From contig JAERTI010000036.1 in the NCBI GenBank assembly GCA_016844925.1, positions 11,053-75,052 on the forward strand: a stretch of DNA of 64,000 nt, read 5' to 3'. The notes beneath the pieces were generated by a model. The model saw only the letters and a program-made list of their open reading frames with translations, did not search any database and was not told the origin of the DNA. The DNA comes from Candidatus Uhrbacteria bacterium. Lineage in GTDB: Bacteria > Patescibacteriota > Patescibacteriia > UBA9934 > GWF2-40-263. Shown in pieces: positions 20,618 through 28,428 of the stretch. The first letter of the stretch is position 1; every line of letters begins with the position of its first letter. Both the position numbers and the translations under genes were made by a program.

Positions 20618-21883
20618 GTGACGCAGAAGCTGTTCTATCCAGACAAGGCGCTGAACTTCAGGCCGCTTCCGGAAGTGATGACCCTCATCACCAAGATGGG
20701 GCAGGAATTTAGGCGCCAGACTGAGGTGATTCACCTCCACGAGGACGACGCCTTCTACTTCGCCTACCTCCACACCTACCAGAGCCCTGACGCTCTAGGT
20801 TCGATGGAGTTCAATCAGCGCATGTCCAGATTCGTCGGCCTCGCCGTCGATATCGTGGAGCTCATGATCCGAGAGCACTTCCGCCCCATGGGCGACCTTC
20901 TCTCACTTCACAGCGACATCGCCAACTGCCTCGAACCCATCGAGCTGCTCATCATCGCCACCACCGACCCGGGTGCTGGCGCTTCCCCCCTGGACTTCAG
21001 AAGGCACTTCGAGGCGAGACGGAACCTCGCCATCGCCCTGCAGATCTACGAGATCGAGAAGTGTGACCCAGAGTACTGGGTCGCCAAGGACCTCAGGCAC
21101 ATCGAACAGCTCTGCTGGGGGCGCCTCTTCCTTCGCGGTGTTTCACAGACCATCTGGTTTACCACGCAAATCCCGGAGGATGGGAAGAGTCCCTGCAACA
21201 ACATCAAGCTCGCGTTTGCCAAAAGGCGCGCCAACCGCTTCAGAAGAGAATTCGATCCGACAAAGGGGCCCGTCATGGTCTCGTCCATGATGTGCCGCGT
21301 CGTAAGAATCTCGCGGAATCGTCGACTCATCATCTACGTCGTCAACCGCCGCAAGCGCATCTTCTCCACCCTGCTCAAGATGGAGCGTGGACGAGAACTG
21401 CGTGACCGTCGCGGGTGGAAGTACGTGGTTGTAGGGGTACAGACTGGCAACAAGATCCGCCCTGCCAAGCGAAGCGACGCGGAAGCGTTTGTTGCCTTCA
21501 CGCAAGAGCAACTCTGGAATCCACCTCTGTTCCACGAACCCGACGAATCCGCAGAGAACCCTGACAGCGACAAGGACTACTGGGACCGCAAGATCGTCGG
21601 TCGTTACCATCGAAAAGACAACGGTCGAGTCGTGGGCGCTGCCACCGAACAGCTGGTCACCACCATCCGTGACCATCTCAGCGACAAGTACTCACGAAGC
21701 AATCGCAACCACGAGATGTATCGACACCTTCAGGTGCTCAACCACCTCGGCCCTCTCTGGTTCCCCTCCACACGAGAGCACCTCCAACACCTCAAGTCCG
21801 TCCGCCTCCCAGGCTACGGCGTGAACTGGTACGGCCCCGCCACCAGGGAGACGCTCTGGAACTGGTGGCTCAGCCAGCTCTGA
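20618..21883 (+). CDS. Divergent RelA/SpoT-like nucleotidyltransferase (small alarmone synthetase-like)
   Basis: RRKRIFSTLLKMER...RDRRGWK...KDY...EQLVTT...H...HEMYR matches the order of RSH SYNTH motifs; SD GAGGAG; promoter TTGACG-17-TAAAGT. Confidence 0.6.
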   Translation: MTQKLFYPDKALNFRPLPEVMTLITKMGQEFRRQTEVIHLHEDDAFYFAYLHTYQSPDALGSMEFNQRMSRFVGLAVDIVELMIREHFRPMGDLLSLHSDIANCLEPIELLIIATTDPGAGASPLDFRRHFEARRNLAIALQIYEIEKCDPEYWVAKDLRHIEQLCWGRLFLRGVSQTIWFTTQIPEDGKSPCNNIKLAFAKRRANRFRREFDPTKGPVMVSSMMCRVVRISRNRRLIIYVVNRRKRIFSTLLKMERGRELRDRRGWKYVVVGVQTGNKIRPAKRSDAEAFVAFTQEQLWNPPLFHEPDESAENPDSDKDYWDRKIVGRYHRKDNGRVVGAATEQLVTTIRDHLSDKYSRSNRNHEMYRHLQVLNHLGPLWFPSTREHLQHLKSVRLPGYGVNWYGPATRETLWNWWLSQL

Positions 21884-21972
21884 GCCCCACACCCCCGCTT
21901 ACGCAAGGCGGGTTTTTTGATTGACAACCATGTAAGAAACAACTACGTTGACCACCCTGAACAGGAGAAAGG

Positions 21973-22296
21973 ATGGATCGGTTACAAGAGCTGGATGACC
22001 AGCTCTACGCACTTCACCATGACCATGTGCTTCACGGTGCCACGCTCGTCGAACACCACGAAGACGGCACGCAGTCGCGTGGACGTATCAGCAGCACAGG
22101 ACACGGATACGGTGAACTCGGACTATGGTGGCACAACGAAGATGATCGTCATCGACAGGCCTGCCTGAGTCACAGCAGCTGGAACTTCTCCAGAACGGGG
22201 AACGAGATTCGTTTCAGTAGGACTGGCCCTGACCGGAGAAGCTTCGACATCCCCCCCGGGGACGTCAACCTCTACGTCATCACCATCGCGGACTAG
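21973..22296 (+). CDS. Hypothetical protein (GC-rich orphan)
   Basis: SD AGGAG; promoter TTGACA(21921)-17-TACGTT; terminator ACGCCC-AATACG-GGGCGT. Confidence 0.7.
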   Translation: MDRLQELDDQLYALHHDHVLHGATLVEHHEDGTQSRGRISSTGHGYGELGLWWHNEDDRHRQACLSHSSWNFSRTGNEIRFSRTGPDRRSFDIPPGDVNLYVITIAD

Positions 22297-22391
22297 CACC
22301 ACGCCCAATACGGGGCGTTTTTTCTTTTATTCGCTTCCTGCTGGCGCTCTTTGCTTTCACCCGGTACAGTGATTTTAAGGAGGTAACACAC

Positions 22392-23306
22392 ATGCGTCAC
22401 GTGTACCTGGCTGCTCTTGGCACGCTCTGCCTGCTCCTCACCAGCTTCCACATCCCGAAGGACTCCACCCTGGAGCTCGGCGTGGAACACGCGAGCACCA
22501 GCGACAACGCGACGAGCCGCACCACGCGGCAGCAAGACGAGATGCTGCAGACCCTCGTCTCCCTGGCTACATACAAGCAGCGCTTGGAAGAAGCCTGCGA
22601 GGCGTTCCTGATCTCAGACGCCACGTCCGAAGATCTCTCCGCGCTCCTCACGGTCGCCGGCTCTCACCGCGACCCCGCCGCCGTCTTCGTACGTTGCGGC
22701 CTGGAAGAAGATGATGTCGAGGATCTCTTGATGAGCATGCTCAGTGACCGCATCGAGGAAGGGGACCGAGAGGCCTCCCGCATCGCCTTCGCCCTGGCTG
22801 GCACACAGTGTTCCCAGACGCCGCTACAGATCGACCGCGAGTGCGAAGACGCCGCCGATGAACTGGAGTGGCCCGTGACTCGCTGGCGCTCTTGCATCAA
22901 GGACGGCTACAGCAGCTACAAGCAGTGCAGCCTCGACGTCCTGACCGAGCACGGCGTGAGTGCCACCAAGGTGGAGGACGCTTACTTTGGCAAGTACGCC
23001 AAACAGACCAGCGACCTGGTGCACGCAGCCAAGGACGGAAGCGCCGACCCTCACGAGGTCGTCGACGAACTCATGCGCCGCGCCGAAGATCGCGTCCTGA
23101 TCGAGACCATGGGCACGGGTGCCATGGGCGCCTCCAGCTACATGATCTTCGCCCTCTCCCAGAACCTGAAGTTCCAGGGCGAGACGGAACTCCAGGAAGA
23201 GATGCAGCCCCTGCTCGACTTCTGGATCCACCGCTGCGACCTGGACCAAACCGGAGCCCTAGACGACCACGAAGTAGACGACATCCAACTCGCCTACAAC
23301 GACTGA
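22392..23306 (+). CDS. Secreted hypothetical protein (GC-rich orphan)
   Basis: SD AGGAGGT; signal peptide; acidic helical protein; terminator directly after the stop codon. Confidence 0.75.
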   Translation: MRHVYLAALGTLCLLLTSFHIPKDSTLELGVEHASTSDNATSRTTRQQDEMLQTLVSLATYKQRLEEACEAFLISDATSEDLSALLTVAGSHRDPAAVFVRCGLEEDDVEDLLMSMLSDRIEEGDREASRIAFALAGTQCSQTPLQIDRECEDAADELEWPVTRWRSCIKDGYSSYKQCSLDVLTEHGVSATKVEDAYFGKYAKQTSDLVHAAKDGSADPHEVVDELMRRAEDRVLIETMGTGAMGASSYMIFALSQNLKFQGETELQEEMQPLLDFWIHRCDLDQTGALDDHEVDDIQLAYND

Positions 23307-23385
23307 CCCCCCTGAGGGTCTTTTTCTTTTTTGTTTAATCCCTGCCAACCAAACAAAAAGCCCTCGCTTTCGCGAAGGCTTTCTG

Positions 23386-23570
23386 TGGGGCGGCTAACGG
23401 GAGTCTCACGTCGCTTCGCTCCTCCAGGGGCTTGTGCCCCTAGGACGGCCTCCGGCCTGTACCCCCAGCATGTAAGGGGGTATCCCCCTTACCATCCCCC
23501 GTTCGATTCCCATTAGCCAACAGAAAACCCCCGATAAATTCGGGGGTTTTCTATGGGGCGGCTAACGGGA
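23386..23570. repeat. 17-bp direct repeat of the tRNA-His 3' end enclosing a hairpin-rich segment
   Basis: tggggcggctaacggga at 23386-23402 and 23554-23570; inverted T-arm copy at 23501-23518. Confidence 0.85.
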
Positions 23571-23629
23571 ATCGAACCCGTAATACCAGTACCACAAACT
23601 GGTGTGATAACCGTTTCACCATAGCCGCC
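23554..23629 (-). tRNA. tRNA-His(GTG)
   Basis: G-1 GCGGCTA...CCAGT-TT-GTG-GT-ACTGG...GGTTCGATTCC...CCCA. Confidence 0.95.
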
Positions 23630-23668
23630 ATGGCTTGTTGAGGTTCAACGGAGCCAAGAATAGCAGAA

Positions 23669-24388
23669 CTATTCGATGGAATCAAGCATTGAATCAAGCT
23701 CGAATGTATCAGTGATCGCCTTTGCCTCAAGGAGCGCCGCCTCTGCCTCTTCTGAGTAACCGACGGTAGCCATGAGGATCCATGCATGTTCGCCATCATC
23801 TATATACTGAGACCTCACAGCTGGAGCTTCTCCGTCTCCGGAACATGGCTTTTTACACCCCCACTCGAGAACATAGCCATCCCGTCCCTTAAACTCACCC
23901 GGGGTCAAACTCTGATAAATGTCACTTGCTGTGATCCCAGCATTTGGAGAATCTGGATTCGCCTGAATATTCTCCACTGCTTCTTCAAGTGTCTCCTTGG
24001 ACGTAGAAAACTCTGTCACCACTTCATCGAAACTTCGCTCACCTTTTTCAATATCGAATATCCTCAAGAACACAGGGCTCTCGGTAAGGGGCACTTCTGG
24101 ATCTGCGTTCACGACGGTACTGCGGATAAGCATGCCATTTGCTCCACGTGGGTACACAATCGATTCTAGAATGTGCCAATCAACAGGCACGACCATGGAA
24201 TACCCATCCCCGCGCACGAGCGTCTCATCTTCTGCGTCGCGCTCGAGCTCTGATTCATAAACAAGACCCTGTGACTCTTGTTGATCTGTTGAGTCTTCCG
24301 TGTCTCCCCCCGTCCAAATGACAACTCCCACAACAAGCAGAACAAGAATGGCGGCACTTAGCAGGTATGATCGATTATCAAATTTCAT
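23669..24388 (-). CDS. Membrane-anchored extracellular protein (PsbP/Mog1-like fold candidate), paralog of next gene
   Basis: N-terminal TM; GYSMVVPxDW; C..PC; YIDxG..W; ends in SFEL/TFEL-type motif. Confidence 0.75.
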   Translation of the reverse strand: MKFDNRSYLLSAAILVLLVVGVVIWTGGDTEDSTDQQESQGLVYESELERDAEDETLVRGDGYSMVVPVDWHILESIVYPRGANGMLIRSTVVNADPEVPLTESPVFLRIFDIEKGERSFDEVVTEFSTSKETLEEAVENIQANPDSPNAGITASDIYQSLTPGEFKGRDGYVLEWGCKKPCSGDGEAPAVRSQYIDDGEHAWILMATVGYSEEAEAALLEAKAITDTFELDSMLDSIE

Positions 24389-24394
24389 AGAACG

Positions 24395-25213
24395 TTAATT
24401 GAGTTCAAAGCTATCCATAACCTCTTGCGCTTGCGCGAGGAGCTCATCTGCTTGATCGGAATACGCCGTGCGACCAGTAATCACCCACACTCTGTCACCT
24501 GCATCAATGTAATACGCAATCATCGCTGGTGGGGACCCTTCGATGTAACACGCCTGCTCACACACAAAGGTATTCATGTAAGCCTCTCGTCCGTCAATCT
24601 GAACTGACTCGAGCTCCACCGTAATGTGGGCATCCATGTACGCATCAATCTCTGACTGATCAGCCTCACTCAATTCGCCCCCTCCACCGAATAAGTAAAC
24701 CTGCACACCAAACCGAGCTCCATCTTCATCCATGGCCCATCTATCTACAACAGAATCCAGTGTCCACTCATCTCCTTTCTCATAATCCTCCACATGCACA
24801 GAAACTTCTGTTGGGTGCCCATAGGCCTCCTGTGCATCGAGGTTCTTGATCCACCCATGTGAGTAGCGACCACGACTTGAACGAGTGCTGCGCTCGCTTG
24901 CGCTCAGAACAAGCCAATCCTCTGGAACCAGGAGTGAAAATCCTTCACCAAGAACCACCGTCGGATCTGCGGCATCACGTTCAAGAGACAGCTGAGCTGG
25001 CTCTTCTTCTGTTTCCACCTCTTCTTCAGCTTCTTCTTCTGAAAGTACCTCCTCAATAAGATCCTCAATCTCTTGCTCAAGAAGCTCAATCTCCTCAAGA
25101 GCTAACTCTGGTGTTTCCAGAGGCGTTGGCTCAGCTTCCGGGGCCTTCACAACAGAAAGTGCCCAGACACCAATAGCCAGCAAGACGAAAAATAAACTGA
25201 TATTTCGAAACAT
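24395..25213 (-). CDS. Membrane-anchored extracellular protein, paralog of previous gene
   Basis: N-terminal TM; GFSLLVPEDW; CEQAC; YIDAGDRVW; MDSFEL. Confidence 0.75.
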   Translation of the reverse strand: MFRNISLFFVLLAIGVWALSVVKAPEAEPTPLETPELALEEIELLEQEIEDLIEEVLSEEEAEEEVETEEEPAQLSLERDAADPTVVLGEGFSLLVPEDWLVLSASERSTRSSRGRYSHGWIKNLDAQEAYGHPTEVSVHVEDYEKGDEWTLDSVVDRWAMDEDGARFGVQVYLFGGGGELSEADQSEIDAYMDAHITVELESVQIDGREAYMNTFVCEQACYIEGSPPAMIAYYIDAGDRVWVITGRTAYSDQADELLAQAQEVMDSFELN

Positions 25214-25236
25214 AAACTCTGATCAAGCAATAACGC

Positions 25237-25313
25237 TGGCGGCCCGAGTAGGATTCGAACCTACGACCTTGGGCTTAGAAGTCCCCTGCTCTATCCAGCT
25301 GAGCTATCGGGCC
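25237..25313 (-). tRNA. tRNA-Arg(TCT)
   Basis: GGCCCGA-TAGCTCAGCTGGATAGAGC...CT-TCT-AA...GGTTCGAATCC...TCGGGCC-G-CCA; weak anticodon stem. Confidence 0.9.
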
Positions 25314-25398
25314 AACAGCGACATTGCTTATCACGCGCGCATGGTAACCATTCTGCACAAAAAAGAAAACAGGCTCCGTGTGAGCCTGGTGTGGAGCG

Positions 25399-26076
25399 CT
25401 AGTGGCTCCGGACGATGTTGCCGACGAGCACGCGCTGCTCGCCGATCGGCTGGATCTCCTTCAGCTTCCGCTTGGCGAACCAGTCGATGTCCTTGTTGGT
25501 GCGTCCCGACAGGCTGATCAGGGGAATCCCGACCTCCGTGGAAGACTGGGCCGTCTTGATTGCCCTGTCGAGCAGGGCCGTACCAACACCATGCTCACGC
25601 CACTGGGGCCGCACGATCAGGTGCTGGATGTAGAAGTAGGCACCGCAGCGCCCCAGCTCCCGCACCACCGATGCCATCACCTGGGCTCCGACCTGTTCGT
25701 TGAGCTGATCCATGGCCAGCGGGCGTAGCTCGATCACCCCTACGGGCATCGGATGACCAGAGCTCACCACGAAGGCTACGAGGGTCTGAGCGCAGCGCAT
25801 GCGGAGAGCCTCGATGGTCTCGCGCTCGGCGCGCCGCTCGGTCCAGAGCTGCTGGACCACCCCCCCGCTGCACCAGGAACAGATCTCGTTCGCCGGCTTG
25901 CTGAGGAAGTCACGCTTGCATCCGCTGCAGCGCCACTGCTCGCCCCACGGCGCACCGCGGCGCCCCTCGACGATCATCTCCGCCAGACCCGGCACCAGAC
26001 GCTCGACACCCTGGCCCAGCCTGGCGACGTGCACTCGCTGCTCCACTCCTTCCCTCGCTACCGTGGCTACTTGCAT
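25399..26076 (-). CDS. GNAT acetyltransferase with zinc-finger-like insert (GC-rich orphan)
   Basis: YIQHLIVRPQWREHGVGTALL (GNAT motif A); CSGC...CSWC; SD GGAGGT; promoter TTGACA-17-TAGCAT. Confidence 0.75.
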   Translation of the reverse strand: MQVATVAREGVEQRVHVARLGQGVERLVPGLAEMIVEGRRGAPWGEQWRCSGCKRDFLSKPANEICSWCSGGVVQQLWTERRAERETIEALRMRCAQTLVAFVVSSGHPMPVGVIELRPLAMDQLNEQVGAQVMASVVRELGRCGAYFYIQHLIVRPQWREHGVGTALLDRAIKTAQSSTEVGIPLISLSGRTNKDIDWFAKRKLKEIQPIGEQRVLVGNIVRSH

Positions 26077-26169
26077 CCATACCTCCGCTACAGCTCGTCC
26101 CAGTTTCTTTACCAGAACGAAGCGATGCTAGCGCAGACCCCCCCTCCTGTCAACCAAAAAACGCCCTTT

Positions 26170-27117
26170 TCAGGACGTTTTATTTTCTTCCTTAGGTTTT
26201 TTCCGAGCCCGATCATGAAACTTCTTATGCACCTCTTTCATCTTTTTGTTCGTGATGTGGGTATACACCTGGGTCGTCGTAATCGATGCGTGCCCAAGCA
26301 GGGACTGCACAGAACGAATATCCGCCCCTCCCATGAGCAGGTCCGTGGCAAACGTGTGCCGGAGCGTGTGTGGTGTAATGCGTTTGGTAATGCCCGCCTG
26401 CTTTGCATAGCGCTCCACGAGCCGCTGTACTGATCGCGACGTAAGCCCGCCTGTCTTTCCACGACCAGCTCGCGCCTTGTCGTGACAGATGAATAGGTAC
26501 TCAGACGTATCTCTTCGCTTCGCTAGATACTCTTTCAGTGCTTCTTTGGCTGTACTGGAGAGATACACGGCTCGCAACTTACCCCCCTTACCCCTCACCG
26601 TGAACTCATCTCGCTTCAAATTAATCTGTTCGATCTTCAGGTTCGAGAGCTCACTCACGCGCAAGCCCGTAGAGAAGAGCAGCTCGAGAATGGCTCGATC
26701 ACGCAACGCCACAAGATCTTTCCCAGCCGGCGCCGCTAACAATCGATCCAACTCCTCGACCTCCAAGAACGACACCTCTCGCTGCTCCTGCTTTGCGAGC
26801 TCGATCTTCTCCGGAGCCAGGGAAGTGATGTCTTCGCGCGCCAGGTATTTTAGAAATGATCGTAGAGCGATCAGGTGATAATTCTGCGTCGACTTCTTGA
26901 GCGTCTTTCCATCGCGACCAGCTACTTTCCGGTTCAGCCAAAGACGATACTTATGAATCATCTCGCTGGTAATCTCCTTGGGTTCTGGCCCCTTAGCCCA
27001 CTGAGAAAACCGTCGCAAATAAAAATGATAGTTGCGAATCGTCTTCTCCGTCCTCCCTCGCTCAACCTCTAGATATTCGAGGAACTTCGTGATCAATTTG
27101 TCGATCGTCGTGGGCAT
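26170..27117 (-). CDS. Tyrosine recombinase, XerC/XerD family
   Basis: RDRAILELLFSTGLRVSEL, VRGKGGK, PHTLRHTFAT, LLGHASITTTQVYTH; start MPTT at 27117. Confidence 0.92.
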   Translation of the reverse strand: MPTTIDKLITKFLEYLEVERGRTEKTIRNYHFYLRRFSQWAKGPEPKEITSEMIHKYRLWLNRKVAGRDGKTLKKSTQNYHLIALRSFLKYLAREDITSLAPEKIELAKQEQREVSFLEVEELDRLLAAPAGKDLVALRDRAILELLFSTGLRVSELSNLKIEQINLKRDEFTVRGKGGKLRAVYLSSTAKEALKEYLAKRRDTSEYLFICHDKARAGRGKTGGLTSRSVQRLVERYAKQAGITKRITPHTLRHTFATDLLMGGADIRSVQSLLGHASITTTQVYTHITNKKMKEVHKKFHDRARKKPKEENKTS

Positions 27118-27154
27118 ATCTGCTCCTAGTATAACATCGGGGCCGTGTGATACC

Positions 27155-27520
27155 ATGCACTCCACTATGGGAGCCGTCCTGACCCGCAGACTCCTGGCCG
27201 CCGCAACGATCTTCACCATGATCGCTTGCGGTTTTGTTTTCAGCACATCACAGAGCTGTCTGGCAGATTCCGGTGACTCAGGCTTTATCTGCACGGCCGA
27301 GGCGCTCTCAGCCCCAACAACCTGGATGGCCTCAGCAAATCACATGGCAATCCAGGCAAAGGAACTGTTCACGGTGGCAATCGTCGTGTTTACCGCCGCC
27401 ATCCTCATCACCCAAGGGCGCCGGTGGCAGCCGCCGCATACCTCACTCTGGATTGAGCGGAGAGCCCCCATACCAAACCACACATTCATCCCGCATTTAT
27501 CAGCCTCTCACGGTGGGTAG
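27155..27520 (+). CDS. Small membrane protein upstream of dsbA
   Basis: Two hydrophobic segments and a Cys pair; start uncertain. Confidence 0.45.
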   Translation: MHSTMGAVLTRRLLAAATIFTMIACGFVFSTSQSCLADSGDSGFICTAEALSAPTTWMASANHMAIQAKELFTVAIVVFTAAILITQGRRWQPPHTSLWIERRAPIPNHTFIPHLSASHGG

Positions 27521-27568
27521 CTATCTCCCCTGAAACGCAGAACCTCTTGATTCACATGAACAGACTTT

Positions 27569-28360
27569 ATGGATAAACACCCACATACGACCCATCACAC
27601 AAAATCACTTTTTGACATCATCCCTGCCAAGCAGGCCTTCTGGCTCGGGTTTGGTACTGCCATTCTCTCCATCGGAACCCTCGGCTTCATCCTTCTTGGA
27701 AGCTGTGTCCTCCAGGGAGACTGCGCGGCTAGCGTTGTCTTCGAAGACGATGCTGAGGATGCAGATGACGACGATTACGCACCATCTGCCGCGGACCTTG
27801 CTGCAGCAGGTGCCCCAACCGTTCCAACAGCCCAAGGTGTTCCCGCTGTAGACGACGGTGATTACATCCGCGGAGACGTAGACGCTCCTATCACCATCAT
27901 TGAGTACTCCGACTTTGAGTGTCCCTACTGTGAGCGATTCCACCCAACCATGGAACAGGTCATGGAGGAGTACGATGGCCAGGTCCGTTGGGTCCTCCGC
28001 AACTTCCCACTTTCCTTCCACCCAAATGCTGAGGACGCTGGTGTCGCAGCTGAGTGTGCCGGACAGCAGGGCAAGTTCTGGGAGTACGGTGACGAGCTCT
28101 TTGCCAACCGCGCAAGCCTCGGTGAAGACTACTACGTTGAACTCGCTGGTGACTTCGATCTCAATATCAGTGAATTCACCACCTGCTACGAGGGAGACGA
28201 GGCTCGTTCCAAAGTACGTGCACAGGCCACAGGTGGTGCTGCTGCAGGTGTCACAGGAACCCCAGGAAGCTTCATCATCGATGAGGACGGTAACGCCACC
28301 CCAATCAAGGGAGCGCTGCCATACTCCTCCGTTGCTGCTGCGATCGACGCCATGCTCTAA
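27569..28360 (+). CDS. dsbA: DsbA-family thiol:disulfide oxidoreductase
   Basis: EYSDFECPYC, NFPLSFHP, QGKFWEY, GVTGTP; N-terminal TM. Confidence 0.9.
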   Translation: MDKHPHTTHHTKSLFDIIPAKQAFWLGFGTAILSIGTLGFILLGSCVLQGDCAASVVFEDDAEDADDDDYAPSAADLAAAGAPTVPTAQGVPAVDDGDYIRGDVDAPITIIEYSDFECPYCERFHPTMEQVMEEYDGQVRWVLRNFPLSFHPNAEDAGVAAECAGQQGKFWEYGDELFANRASLGEDYYVELAGDFDLNISEFTTCYEGDEARSKVRAQATGGAAAGVTGTPGSFIIDEDGNATPIKGALPYSSVAAAIDAML

Positions 28361-28428
28361 GTTGATTCAAAACAGGCCCCATGGGCCTGTTTTTGTTTTC
28401 CCGCACCCATCCCTTATACTTGGAACAT

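Noticed and set aside
26170-27117. Recombinase as an integron integrase or prophage integrase
   Set aside because: It looks like housekeeping XerC/D with core-like codon usage; I saw no IntI-specific insertion and no attC arrays.
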